Shown here piece after piece: positions 1-13,049 of a stretch of DNA of 64,000 nt; the first letter of the stretch is position 1, and each line of letters opens with the position of its first letter. Source of the DNA: Chiloscyllium plagiosum (taxonomy: Eukaryota); contig NC_057750.1 of NCBI RefSeq assembly GCF_004010195.1, positions 7,974,084 to 8,038,083 of the forward strand. Reading direction: 5' to 3'. Under the pieces are notes generated by a model. That model ran no database searches and had not been told where the DNA came from. It was given only the letters and a program-made list of their open reading frames with translations. A program made the position numbers and the translations under genes.

Positions 1-790
1 GGAGTTTCTGGACTAGGGGGGATAGGACAGTGTCGAGGTAGGTAGAAATGAGTTCAGTTGGGCAGGAGCATGCTGAGACAATGGGTCGGCCAGGGTGGTG
101 AGGCTTGTGGATCTTGGGAAGGAGGTAGAACCGGGCAGTGCGGGGTTCCCGGACTATGAGGTTGGAAGCTGTGGGTGGGAGATCTCCTGAGGTGATGAGG
201 TTCTGTATGGTCTGGGAAATGATGGTTTGGTGATGGGGGGGTGGTGTCATGGTCGAGGGGGCAGTAGGAAGAGGTGTCCTCGTGTTGGCGTTTGACTTCA
301 GCGGTGTAGAGGTCAGTGCGCCAGACTACCACTGCTGGCTTGATGGTGAGGTTGGGATTGGAGCAGAGTGATTGGAGGACTGCGCGTTGTGAGGGTGAGA
401 GGTTGGAGTGGGGGAGAGGGGTAGACAGGTTGAGGCGGTTAATGTCCTGGCGGCAGTTGGAAATGAAGAAGTCGAGGGCAGCCCGGGGTGTCCAGGTGGA
501 TGCAGTGTGTTGGAGGTGGGCGAAGGGGTCCTCGGAAGGTGGGTGGGAATCCTGATTGTGAAAGTAAGCTTGGAGGCGGAGGTGGCGGAAGAAGTGTTCG
601 ACGTCACAGCATGTATTAAATTAATTGATGTGTGGACGGAGGGGGATGAAGGTGAGTCCTTTGCTGAGGACTGATCGTTCATCCTCAGTGAGGGGAAGGT
701 CTGGAGGGATGGTGAAAACTCGGCAGGGCTGGGAGCTGGGATCTGGTGTGGGTGTGGAGCTAGGAGTGAGGGCGGAGCCAGTAACTGGAG
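1..790 (-). mobile_element. Penelope-like element (probably Neptune-type) reverse transcriptase N-terminal fragment, degenerate
   Basis: Minus-strand translation across frameshifts gives VFTIPPDLPLTEDERSVLSKGLTFIP...[15 protein letters not shown]...[46 protein letters not shown], typical PLE RT motifs; runs off the left edge. Confidence 0.88.
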
Positions 791-815
791 TTGGTGTGAT
801 GGTGGGGGGAATGGG

Positions 816-1760
816 GACCTCTGCTCTTTGTGATTTTTATAAATGACTTGGATGAGGATGTGGAAGGGTGGGTTAGTAAGATTAGCAATGACATGAAGGT
901 TGGTGGAGTTGTGGATAGTGTGGAGGACTGTTGTAGATTACAATGGGACATTGACAGGATGCAGAACTGGGCTGAGAAGTGGCAGATGGAGTTGAACCTG
1001 AAGTGATTGACTTTGGAAGGTCGAATTTGAATGCAGAATACAGGGTTAAAGGCAGGATTCTTGGCAGTGTGGAGGAACAGTGGGATCTTGGGGTCTATGT
1101 CTACAGATCCCTCAATGTTGCCACCCAAGTTGATAGGCGAAAGGTGTGTTGGCTTCATTAGCAGGGGGATTGACTTTAAGAGCCACGAGGTTATGCTGCA
1201 GGCTATAGAGCCCTGGTTAGACCATACTTGGAATATTGTGTTCAGTTCTGGTCGCCTCATTATAGGAAGGATGTGGAAGCTTTAGAGAGAGTGCGGAGGA
1301 GATTTACCAGGATGCTGCCTGGACTGGAGGGTGTGTCTTATGAAGAAAGGTTGAGAGAGCTAGAGCCTTTCTCATTGGAATGAAAAAAGATAAAAGGTGA
1401 CTTGATAAAGGTGTACAAGATGATGAGAGACATAGATAGAATGGATAGTCAGAGACTTTTTCCCAGGGCAGAAATGTCTATCATGAGGGGGCATAAATGT
1501 AAGGTGATTGGAGGAAGGTTTAGGGGAGATGTCAGAGGTTGGTTCTCTACACAGAGAGTGGTGGGTGTGTGGAATGCACTGCCAGCAGTGTTAGTAGAGT
1601 CAGAGACATTAGGGACATTTAAGTGACTCTTGGATCGGCACATCGATGATAGTACAATGAAGGGTATGTAGGTTAGCCTGATCTTAGAGTAGGATAAAAG
1701 GTCGGCACAACATCGAGGGCCGAAGGGCCTGTCCTGTGCTGTACTGTTCTATGTTCTAAA
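816..1760 (+). mobile_element. CR1/HER1 LINE, 5'-truncated
   Basis: RT C-terminus ([47 protein letters not shown]) and (GTTCTAT)n tail. Confidence 0.9.
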
Positions 1761-1769
1761 TGTTGTTAA

Positions 1770-2150
1770 TGTACCTGCCTCAACCACTTCACTGGCATTT
1801 CATTCCATATGCAAAGCACCCTCTGTGTAAAAAGGTTGCCCCACAGGATCACTCTTATTCTTCCCCCCCCAACTTTAAACTGATGGCCTCTCATCCATAA
1901 TTCCCCAGCCCTGGGAAAAAGACTGAGTGCATTCACCCTATCCATGCCTCTCATGATCTTATACATCTCTATAAGGCTTCCCCCCTCAGTCTTCTATGCT
2001 CTAAAGAAATAAAATCCTAACTTCTCCAACCTTGACCCATAACTCAGACTCTTGAGTCCTGGAACATATTTGTAAATTTCTTCGGCACTTTTTCCAGTTT
2101 AATAACTTCCTTCCTATAGCAAGGTGACCAAAACTGAACACAGCTGCTCA
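1770..2150 (-). mobile_element. CR1/HER1 LINE fragment
   Basis: ORF 1766..1966 MYKIMRGMDRV...NLFTQRVLCIWNE. Confidence 0.85.
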
Positions 2151-2483
2151 TAAAGCCTGGATTTGGGGGAGAGCAGAGGTCTCACTGGGTTGTAAGAGCA
2201 GGAGAAAGTTACAGCGATGGGGAAGGGGTTGAGGACTTTGATAAAAAAAAGATGAGAACTTTAAAAATCAAGGCATTGCTTAACTGGGTGTCAGCACGGG
2301 TTAGTCAGGGCATAGGAGAGACTGGCACAGTGGGATTTTGTTGCAAGTTCAATCCCAAGCAATAGAGTAGAGGAGACCTCAAGATTGTGCAGGTTGGATG
2401 TAACAAGCTGAGCCTGTGTGCCTGGGCATGATCAAGCCTTGAGGTACAGCCATGAATGAAGAATTTGACATCAGATGAGCTAA

Positions 2484-2694
2484 AGTAGAAAAACGAGGCA
2501 CTGGAAAAGCACAGCAGGTCATGCAGCACCTGAGGAGCAGGAGAGTCAATGTTTCGAGTCTAAGCCCTTCACCAGGAATTTCTGCTGAAGAGCTTGTCGA
2601 TTCTCCTGCTCCTCAGATGCTGCCTGACCTGCTGTGCTTTTCCAGCACCACACTCTCGACTCTGATCTCCAGCATCTGTAGTTCTCACTTCTCC
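2484..2694. mobile_element. PLE-derived foldback element with degenerate hammerhead (family A), 15-bp TSD
   Basis: Inverted arms (ctggaaaagcacagcaggtc... / ...gacctgctgtgcttttccag); TSD catcagatgagctaa at 2469-2483 and 2695-2709. Confidence 0.8.
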
Positions 2695-3494
2695 CATCAG
2701 ATGAGCTAAGGCAATATCAGAGGCAGAGGAAGATCACACAGCTATCTAAACAAAACTTTCAGAGAATCAGAGTTTGTGCAGAAGAGACACGCAAGAAGTT
2801 GGTGAACTCTTGAGTCAGCATGTTTAACAGGACTTTGCTGCTACTGAATGTTTGTGGAAAGCTGTGCAAGATTCAGAGTGTGTTTGATTGGAGCATCCAA
2901 AGTGGCTAAATAGCTCGATTTCACATCCAGATACACCTCCAAGCGGAGCACAAAGCCCACTATAAGGAGCTGTCTCACTAATTCCTCAATTTCAGGTCTT
3001 GCGGATGTGACAGAGAAAACATAAAGGGCCCCATGTTTGATGCTGATCTTCACAAAGCAAGATCCCCGAGGCGATCATGCCTTTGCGTTCGTGAAAAGGG
3101 AACGGGAAATGGTGGGAGACTTTCAGTGGGTCATGGTAATGCCTTCAAGCGAGAGAGAGAGAAACAGAGCGAATCTTTCAGCTTATACATGTTTGAGAGC
3201 AATGTTCCCATGACACTGCGCGACAGATCTGCGCACAAGGCAGTCAATGTTGATACTGGCTTTCGGAAATTTGTTGCCACACAGGGACCCTGGCAGGTTG
3301 ACACAGAGGAAAAAGAAGTCAGGTGGAATGTAAGTTAAGACCTAACAGGGCTTTAAGTAAATGTCGAGACATGGAAAGCAGGAGGAGGAAAGAGTTAAAG
3401 TGAAGGCTGTTGAGAGTGTCAAAGGCAAAAAGAAATCATGGCCTTAGGCAAATGTTCGAGCAAATAAAGAAACTGAAGTTTAATCTATTGAATA

Positions 3495-3644
3495 CAGGGG
3501 AACCTCGATTATCCGGCATTCAATTATCCAAATATTGGATTATCCGGCAAGATCCCGACGCCTGGTTAAACTATGTTATCCTGCATTCGATTAATCGAAT
3601 GAAATACTCCCGCCAGTGTCCTTTGGATAATCAAGGTTTCTCTG
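3495..3644. mobile_element. Tc1/pogo (Tigger-like) MITE
   Basis: TIRs CAGGGGAACCTCGATTATCC ... GGATAATCAAGGTTTCTCTG; left TA flank; shorter sibling at 13420-13502. Confidence 0.75.
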
Positions 3645-4199
3645 CAAATGCAAGTTTTGTCAAATTACCTGAACCAGTTCCGTCATTCAGGAAGACTCCA
3701 CCGTCCCTCAGAGTCTTGGCCAATCAGAGTCAACCTGGTTTAAATTTAAACATTTAGCTATTAACTGTCAGTTATTATCTAACTGGTGCATTTGCCAGAG
3801 CAGCACCTCTGCCAATCGCAGTCCACTTGCCAATGAATCACCAATCTTCCCAAGTGCTGTAAAATCCCCTTTATGTTAATATTTCTTGCCAATCGTCCTG
3901 CTGAGTGCAAGACGAGGGGTTTTAACAAAATGTGACTTTTCCAGTTACTAAGAAGGTCTGTCCAACCAAACCAATATTCGGATCATTAATCTAGGACTAC
4001 GGCTTACTACACAGCCATAGCCAAGGCACAGGCAAGGAGGTGGCAACATTTGTGAGGACCTGGATGATGTGAATCAAGACAATCAGGTCAGAAATCACAC
4101 AACACCAGGATATCTCAAGTGTAGTGATTGGAACCAAATGGACCTCATGAACTATGAGATTCTTGATTGGTGTTGTTAACCGGTGGCAATCAGGAAAGC

Positions 4200-5088
4200 C
4201 TTGGCCAACAGCAAAGAGGGTTACCTCAGATTACAACGGGATCTGGACCAGATGGGCCAATGGGCTGAGAAGTGGCAGATGGAGATTATTTCAGATAAAT
4301 GGGAGGTGCAGCATTTTGGGAAAGCAAATCTTAGCAGGACTTATACACTTAATGGTAAGGTCCTAGGGAGTGTTGCTGAACAAAGAGACCTTGGAGTGCA
4401 GGCTCATAGTTCCTTGAAAGTGGAGTTGCAGGTAGATAGGATAGTGAAGAAGGTATTTGGTATGCTTTCCTTTGTTGGTCAGAGTATTGAGTACAGGAGT
4501 TGGGAGGTCTTGTTGAGGCTGTACAGGACATTGGTTAGGCTACTGTTGGAATGTTGCATGCAATTCTGGTCTCCTTCCTATCGGAAAGACGTTGTGAAAC
4601 TTGAAAGGGTTTAAAAAAGACTTACAAGGATGTTGCCAGGGTTAGAAGATTTGAGTTTTAGGGAGAGGTTGAACAGGCTGGAGCTGTTTTCCCTGGAGTG
4701 TTGGAGGTTGAGGGGTGACCTTATAGCGGTTTACAAAATCATGAGGGGCTTGGATAGGATAAATAGTCAAAGTCCTGGGGTCGGGGAGTCCAGAACTAGA
4801 GGGCATAAGTTTAGGGTGAGAGGGGCAAGATATAAAAGAGACCTAAGGGGCAACTTTTTCACACAGAGGGTGGTACGAGTATGGAATGAGCTGTCAGTAG
4901 AAGTGGTGGAGGCTGGTACAATTGCAAATTTAAAAGGCATCTGGATGGGTATATGGATAGGAAGGGTTTGGAGGGACATGGGCTGGATGCTGGCAGGTGG
5001 GATTAGGTTGGGTTGGGATATCTGGTCAGCATGGATGAATTGGACCGAAGGGTCTGTTTCTGTGCTATATATCTCTGACTCTATGACT
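4200..5088 (+). mobile_element. CR1/HER1 LINE 3' part
   Basis: ORFs 4183..4614 and 4630..5178 match the CR1 RT C-terminus; (GACTCTAT)-type tail. Confidence 0.92.
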
Positions 5089-5218
5089 TATGTAATTGGG
5101 AGACGAAATCTCCTCAGTCCCAGGGGACTGATTCCCAGCTGGGTAGTCACACCCAGAGTGCTGTGCACTAGTAAATAAAGGGGGATTTGGTGATGGGACA
5201 CCAGCCTCTATGCAGTTA

Positions 5219-5378
5219 TTTCAATAAGCTTTCAAGCACTGCTCCTGCGTCTGACTCAATGAAGGAGCATCGCTCTGAAAGCTTGAGATGTCAAACAAAC
5301 CTGTCGGACTATAACCCGATGTGGTGTGACTTCCGACTTTGTCCATCCCAGTCCAACACTGGCACCTCCATGTCATGA
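5219..5378 (+). mobile_element. PLE-derived short element, family C, degenerate hammerhead
   Basis: atgaaggagcatcgctctgaaagctt followed by the family tail aaacctgtcggactataacc...ccagtccaacactggcacctcca. Confidence 0.7.
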
Positions 5379-5889
5379 CAATCAGGAAGGAAGGCAAAAG
5401 GGCTGATAAACAGGTAACCACGGCGATGGTCCTTACTACAGTGATATTTATCAAGGACCTAGGTGTAATATCCTGTGTTAAATGGGCTGTGAAAATGGGA
5501 GATACTGTTGTTTTATTGCAGAGCCTGCAACATGAAAATTAATAGCTTTGATGCAATTGTACCCCAGAGAATGTTCAAAATGTTTATAACTGCCTGGGAA
5601 GAGGAAATTGAGTGTTTCTGGTTGGGATAGAGATCGTTAAAGTATGACTGAAACTGGTCCATGTAAACATTTCCTGGTGCAATCTTTCCTTTTAATCTTA
5701 GATGTGCATTTAATAAGGAGTCTGTAGGGGCTGCGGTCTGGGATAATAGAGAGCTTACTGCGTCTAAACAGCATTATATCTGTTCTTGGTACATTAAGTG
5801 ATCTTAACAATTGTGGACGCTTGTTGCAATAATCATGAATCAGACTACTTGACATGACCCTGGTGACTTCTGCATATTACTGTAACGTT

Positions 5890-6790
5890 TTTTTGCCTGG
5901 GCAGCCTACAGCCTGGAGGACTCAACGTTTGAGTTCTCCAATTTCAAATACCCTTCCTCCCCATCCCCCAACTCCCTTCCCAGCCCCTCCCCCTCCCTTC
6001 CACTGTTCCCTGCCACGAACCGGATTCATTCCTCCCATCGACCAACCAGGTCGTACCCTCTATCTGTCTTCACCTATCCGATTCTAGCCTCGGGCGACTG
6101 TCTGTGTGGAGTTTGTACATTCCCCCCGTGTCTGTGTGGATTTCCTCCGGGTGCTCTGGTTTCCTCCCACAGTCCAAAGATGTGCAGGTGAGGTGAATTG
6201 GCCATGGTAAATTGCCCATAGTGTTAGGTGCATTAGGGATAAACAAAGGGTAGGAGAATGGGTCTGGGTGAGTTACTGTTTGGAGGGTCAGTGTGGGATG
6301 GGCAGCACAGTGACTCAGTGGTTAGCACTGCTGCCTCACAACATCAGGGTCCCGGGTTTGATTCCAGCCTTGGGTGACTGTGTGCAGTTTGCACATCCTC
6401 CCCGTGTCTGCGTGGGTTTCTTCCCACAGTCCAAAAATGTTCAGGCCAGGTGAATTGGCCATGCTAAATTGCCCATACTGTTAGATGGGAAATGCCCATA
6501 CTGTTAGTCAGAGGGAAATGAGTCTGGGTGGGTTACTCTTCGGAGGGTCGGTGTGGACTTGTTGGGTTGAAGGGCCTGTTTCCACACTAGAGCATCTAAT
6601 CTAATATCCCCACTTCACCACCCTGTCCCCACCACCCCCTTTATCTGCAGCTTCCCCCACACCCACACCCCAGTCCTGAAGAAGGGTTATACCTGAAAGT
6701 TTGATTTCTCCACCACCTGATGCTGCCAGGCTTGCTGTGTTCTTTCAGCCTCCTGCTTGTCTCTTGGATTCTACAGTTTTTTTGTCTCTA
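5890..6790 (+). mobile_element. PLE 3' end (ORF C-terminus + pLTR with hammerhead, family B), interrupted by nested SINEs at ~6080-6605
   Basis: CLGSLQPGGLNV/EFSNFK (PLE ORF end), then a pyrimidine-rich 3' region, then gtc-CTGAAGA-AGGGT-TAT-ACCT-GAAA at ~6676-6700. Confidence 0.75.
6080..6605 (+). mobile_element. Two tandem/nested HE1 (V-SINE) copies
   Basis: tRNA-like head ggcagcacagtgactcagtggttagcactgctgcctcac, V-domain gtgtggagtttg...ttcctcccacagtccaaagatgtgcagg, (CTAAT) tail. Confidence 0.9.
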
Positions 6791-6944
6791 TTTTCATGGT
6801 CTAGCTGGTCCCAGTTCTTAGCTTTTGAAGTTTCCTGTCTGAGATGTGTTACAGGGTCAGACTGTCTAATGTTCCCTGATCAGGCTGTAATCTGTCAGTC
6901 CCTTTGCATCCATGTTATTCAACTCAATAGCCCAACCAATCAAC

Positions 6945-7695
6945 CCTACTACCACCTCACTCTCTCACAGCCTATCATATTCTCCACAGTCAAACCCCAC
7001 TACTTCCTCACTCTCTCCCACACCCTTTGATATCCTACACAGTCTATTCTTACACTCCCATCATACTGTTACACCTTACTATCCTCCCTAGGCTGTTTTC
7101 TCTGGAGCGTCGGAGGCTGAAGGATGAGCTTATTGAGTGTTATAAAATCATGGGGAGGCATGGATAGGGTGAATAGACAAGGTCTTTTCCCTGGGCTGAG
7201 GGAGTCCAGAACTATAGGGCATAGGTTTAAGGTGAGAGGGGAAAAATTTAAAAGGGACCTAAAGGGCAACGTTTTCTCAGAGGGTGGTGTGTGTATGGAA
7301 TGAGCTGTCAGAGGAAGTGGTGGAGGCTGGTACAATTATAACTTTTTTAAAAGCCATCTTGATGGGTATATGAATAGGATGGGACTAGATTAGGTTAGGA
7401 TATCTGGTCGGTGTGGATGAATTGGACTGAAGGGTCTGTTTCCGTATTGTACATTTCTATGACTCTTTGACTCTCTCCCTCACTCCCCACACTTTTGAAC
7501 ATTCCACCCAGGTGAATCCCCCTACCCCTAACATCCCACTCCATTAGTATCCTACCTAGGCTAATTCCACTCTCCACACCCTATAATATCCCACCCAGTC
7601 CAAATCCACTCTCCCCCTCACTCCCCGCTCCCTTTAATATCACTCTCAGTCTACACCTACTCTCCCCCCTCACTCCTGTACTTTTAATATCCCGC
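6945..7695 (+). repeat. Degenerate C-rich minisatellite (~55-bp units) split by a CR1 insertion (7091-7470)
   Basis: Recurrent cactctcccc.ctcactcccc...ctttaatatccc units on both sides of the LINE fragment. Confidence 0.55.
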
Positions 7696-7847
7696 ATAAT
7701 TGGACCCAGCATCACTAAAGGCAGGGCATAATTGTGTTGCTGTTTGAGATTTCAGTCTGCAAACTGGTTTTGTTGTTTCCTACAGTAAAACACTTGTCAA
7801 AACTACTTTTCACCATACTATAACTGCAAAATCTCCTCCCTTATAAT

Positions 7848-8330
7848 ATGGTGGCTCAGTGGTTAGTGCTGTTGCCTCACTGTGCCAGGCACCCTGGTTC
7901 AATTCCACCCTTAGGTGACTGTGCAAACTCCATACAGACATTCTCCCCGTGTCTGTGTGGGTTTGCTCCAGTTTCCTTCCACAGTCCAAATATTTAGATT
8001 AGATTCCCTACAGTGTGGAAACAGGCCCTTTGGCCCAACCAGTCCACACCAACCCGAAGAGTAACCCACCCAAACCCATTTCCCTCTGACTAATGCACCT
8101 AACACTATAGGCAATTTAGCATGGCCAAGTCACCTGACCTGCACATGTGCAGGTTAGGGTGAATTGGTCATGATAAATTGCTCAGTGTTCAGGGATATGT
8201 AGGCTAGGTGCATTAGTCAGGGGTAAATATAGAATAATAGGTTAGGGGAATGGGTCTGAGTGGGTTACTTTGAGGAGGGCCGGTCTGGACTTGGGCTGAA
8301 CGGCCTGTTTCCACACTGTAGGGATCTAAG
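7848..8330 (+). mobile_element. HE1 SINE with an opposite-orientation HE1 3' half inserted (~7995-8145)
   Basis: Plus copy breaks at acagtccaaa and resumes at atgtgcaggttaggg; the inner copy starts ttagattagattccctacagtgtgg (reverse tail). Confidence 0.8.
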
Positions 8331-8954
8331 GTAATGGGGAGGTATCAGACCATCATACAGCTCAATTACATTGTGAGTGCTCACAGATGATTTGACTGAA
8401 AGTGCACCGAGCAGATCCTCACTCAATTTCCATAGGATTGTGGGGACTGAGTGGGCCAGGTAACAGATTGTTCTCTCACCCTGTGAACCAAGAGGGAGGA
8501 GGTTAATTGAGAGATACCACAACCAGAGGAGTGGATGGGGACTGGCTCTCAGCACAGCGTGAAGGCGGCTGTTTTCAATCAGGAGAAAAATAATTGATTC
8601 TGAAGGCAAAAACAGGTCCGACAGCCTTCATCAGTTCTGCCTTGGGGGTTCTGACTAGTATTTGACTTTCAAATGGTTCCAGCTGCCAATCTGGTAATGA
8701 GAGAGTATCTACAATTATATTAATTGTTGAACGAGGAAGATGAGAGGGCAATAGAATTTGAGCCAACGGTTGAGAAGGACCTGGAGCCTTTGGAAATTTT
8801 TGACCATTGAACTGAGAGCCTCTTTCTGAGAGTTTTGTTGAGAAATTCATGTTTAATATTTCATTTTGGCTTATAATCAGAATCAAAATATATTAGCAAG
8901 TAACCCAATTTTTGTTATCTAATAAAATGACCTTGGTTTCAAAAGAGGAGGTAT

Positions 8955-9968
8955 GGTTTGCAGATGATACCAAAATTGAAGGTGTAGTGGACATCGAAGA
9001 AAGTTACCTCCACAACCACCTGATGGAGTAGTGCTTCCAAACAAACCTGTTGGACTATAACCTGGTGGTGTTATTTTTAACCTTGTCCACCCCAGTCCAA
9101 CAATGGCACGTCCAAATCATGACTACCTCAGAGCGCAATGGGATCTTAATCAGATGGGCCAATGGGCTGAAGAGTGGTAGTTAATTTAGGTAAATGTGAG
9201 GAGCTACATTTCGTAAAGGCAAATCAGGGCAAGACTTATACACACTTGGGTAAGGCCCTGGGGAGTGTTGCTGAACAAAGTGACCTTGGGGGTAGGTTCA
9301 TAGTTCGTTGAAGATGGAGTTGCAGGTAGATAGGATAGTGAAGAAGGCATTTGGTTTGCTTGCTTTTATTGGTCAGTGATTGAGTATAGAAGTTGGGAGG
9401 TCATGTTGCAGCTGTACAGGATATTGACTAGACCACTTCTGGAATGCTATATTTAGTTCTAGTCTCCTTACTATAGGAAGGACTTTGTTAAAGTCGAAAA
9501 ACATGGCACTGGAAAATCATTGCCGGTCAGGCAGCATTCAAGGAGCAGGAGAATCAACGTTTCAGGTGTAAGCCCTTTATCAGGAATGTGGAGGGGGATG
9601 GGGGCTGAGAGTTAATTGAGAGGTGGGGTGGGGCTGGGTGAAACATAGCTGGGATGGAGATAGGTGGATGCAGGTGAGAGGTGATTGTGATAGGTTGTTG
9701 AGGAGGGTGGAGTGGATAGGTGGGGAAGGAAGATGGATGGGTCAGGTGGGTGAAGCTGAATTAGAAGGTTGGATCTGGGACAAAGATGGAGGAGTGGGGA
9801 GATTTGGAAACTGGTGAAGTCAATGTTGATGACATTTGGACAGGTACATGGATAGGAAAGGTTTGGAGGGATATAGGCCAAGTGCAGACAAATGGGACTA
9901 GTTTGGTTTGGGAAACCCAGTCAGCATGGGCCAAAGAATCTGTTTCCATGCAGTGTGATTTGATGACA
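8955..9968 (+). mobile_element. CR1 LINE remnant hosting two PLE-derived inserts (~9009-9122; ~9503-9830)
   Basis: FADDTK at 8958; family C insert with its hammerhead deleted; minus-strand PLE 3' end. Confidence 0.8.
9503..9830 (-). mobile_element. PLE 3' end with ORF C-terminus and family A hammerhead pLTR
   Basis: Minus translation INIDFTSFQIS (PLE ORF end), then pyrimidine-rich UTR, then ttcctgataaagggcttacacctgaaacgttga. Confidence 0.78.
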
Positions 9969-10469
9969 CTTTCTGATTTTTATTTCAGGTTTCCAGCACC
10001 TGCGATATTTTGCTTTTAATTTACTGCTCTCGAGTGATGTGTTCAAATCTCTAAATTGCTCCTTCGAACCTACCTGTTTGACCAAACCCTTGCTCACCTG
10101 TCCCAATTTTTCCATATGCAGATTGATGTCAAAATTTCCTTTATAAGTTTTCAGTTAAGGATTGTGTGATGTTTTGCAATGTGAAAGGTGCCATATAAAT
10201 GCAAGTCATTGCTGCAACCAGTGGCATGACTTCATTGGGAAGAGTGCACAGATAATTGCGCCCCATGGTCACACACGTCACCACAAAATGCTGAAAGTCT
10301 CAATGAAATCACCAGGATCTTCCTGAGTGATTGTTGCTCAGGACAAAAACAATTCCCACCAGATGTCATCAGTATTTATTTATTGCAACACACACTTAAC
10401 TCTAACAAGAGCAGTGAAAAGGAAGAATCTACACCAATATACAACTTACACAATAAACCTTCAAAACAA

Positions 10470-11355
10470 GGCAGCACGGTGGCTCAGTGGTTAGCACTGC
10501 TGCCTCACAGTGCCAGGGACCTGGGTTCGATTCCCCCCTCGGGTGACTCTGTGTCGAGTTTGCATATTCTCCCTGTGACTGCGTGGGTTTCCTCCAGGTG
10601 CTCCAGTTTCCTCCCACATTCCAAAAGAACAGGAGTTGGGAGGTCATGTTGTGGCTATATAGGACATTGGCTAGGCCACTGTTGGAATATTGTGTGCAAT
10701 CCTGGTCTCCTTCCTATCGGAAAGATGTTGTGAAACTTGAAAGGGTTCAGAAAAGATTTACAAGGATGTTGCCAGGGTTGGAGGGTTTGTGCTATAGGGA
10801 GAGGCTGAACAAGTTGGGGCTGTTTTCACTGGAGTGTTGGAGGCTGAGGGGTGACCTTATAGAAGTTTACAAAATTGAGGGGCATGGATAGGGTAAATAG
10901 ACAAAGTCTTTTCCCTGGGGTCGGGGAGTCTAGAACTAGAGGGCATAGGTTTAGGGTGAGAGGGAAAAGATATATAAAAGAGACATAAGGGGCAACTATT
11001 TCACGCTGAGTGTGGTATGTGTATGAAATGAACTGCCAGAGGAAGTGGTGGAGGCTGGTATAATTGCAACATTTAAGAGGCATTTGGGTGGGTATCTGAA
11101 TAGGAAGGGTTTGGAGGGATATGCGCCAGGTGCTGGCAGGTGGGACTAGATTGGGTTGGGATATCTGGTTGGCATGGACGGGTTGGACCGAAGGGTCTGC
11201 TTCCATGCTATACATCTCTGACTATGGGCAATTTAGCATGGCCAATAGTGTTAGATGCATTAGTCAGGGATAAATGTAGAGAAATGAGTCCAGATGGATT
11301 ACTCTTTGGAGGGTTGGGCTGAAGGGCCTGTTTCCATGCTGTAGGGAATCTAATC
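10470..11355 (+). mobile_element. HE1 SINE interrupted by a CR1/HER1 3' fragment (~10628-11222)
   Basis: SINE head at 10470, LINE ORF 10583..10891, SINE 3' part resumes ~11225. Confidence 0.8.
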
Positions 11356-11604
11356 AAAACTCTCTTGTCTAGGGATTATTGTTCAGTTACAGTCCCTACA
11401 CCATAATTTCCCTTGAGCTGCATTTCTCCATGGCGTCCCAGCTGATAGTTAACCCTGAATCTTTGAAGGCATGAATCCGAAGGGCCAAATGGCTTCCTCC
11501 TGTGCAACCGTGACTCGATGCATCAAAACACTTGATCAGTGGGTGTTTGCTGTGTGCAAACTGCTGTCTAAGCCATAGACTTCAGTGACAGATACATTTC
11601 AGCA

Positions 11605-12215
11605 GTCACAAAGTTGTGCAACATGGAAACAGACCCTTTGGTCCAACCAGTCCATCCCAACCATAATCCCAAACTAAACTAGTCCTACCTGCCTGTGCTT
11701 GGCCTGAAGCACTACGATAATTTCCTATTACATACTTATTTAAATGTCTTTCAAACGTTGTAACTGTACTCGCATCCACCACTTCCTCTGGAAGTTCATT
11801 TCACACACAAACCACTCTCTGTGGTAAAAAAAATTGTCCCTCATGTCTTTTTAAAATCTTTCTCCTCTTCCGTTAAAAATATGCCCCCTAGTCTTGAAAT
11901 TCCCTGCCCTAGGCACAAGACATTTGCCATTCATCTTATCTATGGTTTTGAAAACGTCTATAAGGTCACCCCTCAACCTCCTACCCTCCAGTGACAAAAG
12001 TCCTGGCCTATCCTGCCTCTCCTTATAACTCAAACCTTCCTTTCCCAGCAACATCCTGGTAAATCTCTTCTGAGCCCTCGCCAGCTTAATAATATCCTTC
12101 CTATAACAGGGTGACCAGACCTGGACTCAGTTCTCCAGAAGAAGCCTCACTAACGTCCTGTACAACCTCAACATGACCTCCCAACCCTGAACTCAAAGGA
12201 CTGAACAATGAAGGC
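11605..12215 (-). mobile_element. CR1/HER1 LINE 3' fragment
   Basis: ORF 11851..12054 (RRLRGDLIDVFK) plus reverse 3' UTR. Confidence 0.85.
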
Positions 12216-13049
12216 AAAATTTGACATGACATAAAACGCTGAGGATGTTGGAAACCTGAGATACAAGCCAAAATGCAGGTCTGTGGAGAGAGAGAAACAG
12301 AATTAATGCTTCCGGTTGATTGGAGCTTCCAATCTGACCATAAGTCACCTCTACTTGAAAGGGCATCTCTGACTTTGTGGAACTGTAAAGTGTTTGGATA
12401 CATCATTGGCTATGAAATGATTTTGGGTAGAAATCAAACTGAGATCTAGAGGTTGGAAGCTGTGAAGATTAGAAAAATGATGGAATCAGAGAACTGCAAA
12501 AGTGCAGAGAGAGGCCATTCAGCCCACTGTGCCTCTACCATCTCTTCAAATGAGTATCGCTACCGAGTGCCAATCTCCTGCTTTATCCCAGTATCCTCGC
12601 AGACTATCTCTACCCAAATAATTACAGAGAATTGTGAACACAGGCCAGTCCATCACGGAAGCCAGTCTTCCAACCATTGACTCCATCTACACTTCCCGCT
12701 GTCTTGGGAAGGCAATCAACAGCGAGACCCCTCCCACTCCGGTTAAAATCTTCCAGCCTCTTCCATCAGACAGAAGATACAAAAGCATAAACACATGTGC
12801 CAATGGGTTCAACAATAACTTCTTCTCTGCTGGGACAGCATGGTGTGGGCTGGTGTAGTTGGAGTGGGCTCTTGGGGGGAATGGAGGGCATGATGTGGGC
12901 TGGTGTAGCCTGGAGTGGAATTCTGCGATGGTGATGGTGTGGGCTGATGTGGAAAAAATGGAGACTCTCTCTCCGTTATCTTTCTTTATTTTTTATTTTA
13001 AGTGACTGAAAATGGCACCAATTCATGGCAATGCTAAAAACCTTTCAAT

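Noticed and set aside
3033..3338. 101-aa ORF with a possible ag...gtaagt exon (3182-3329)
   Set aside because: No recognisable homology and no partner exons; such splice-like matches occur by chance.
5637..5855. Minus ORF MSSSLIHDYC... with a donor-like gtaagc near 5758
   Set aside because: Unrecognised peptide, no supporting acceptor or promoter.
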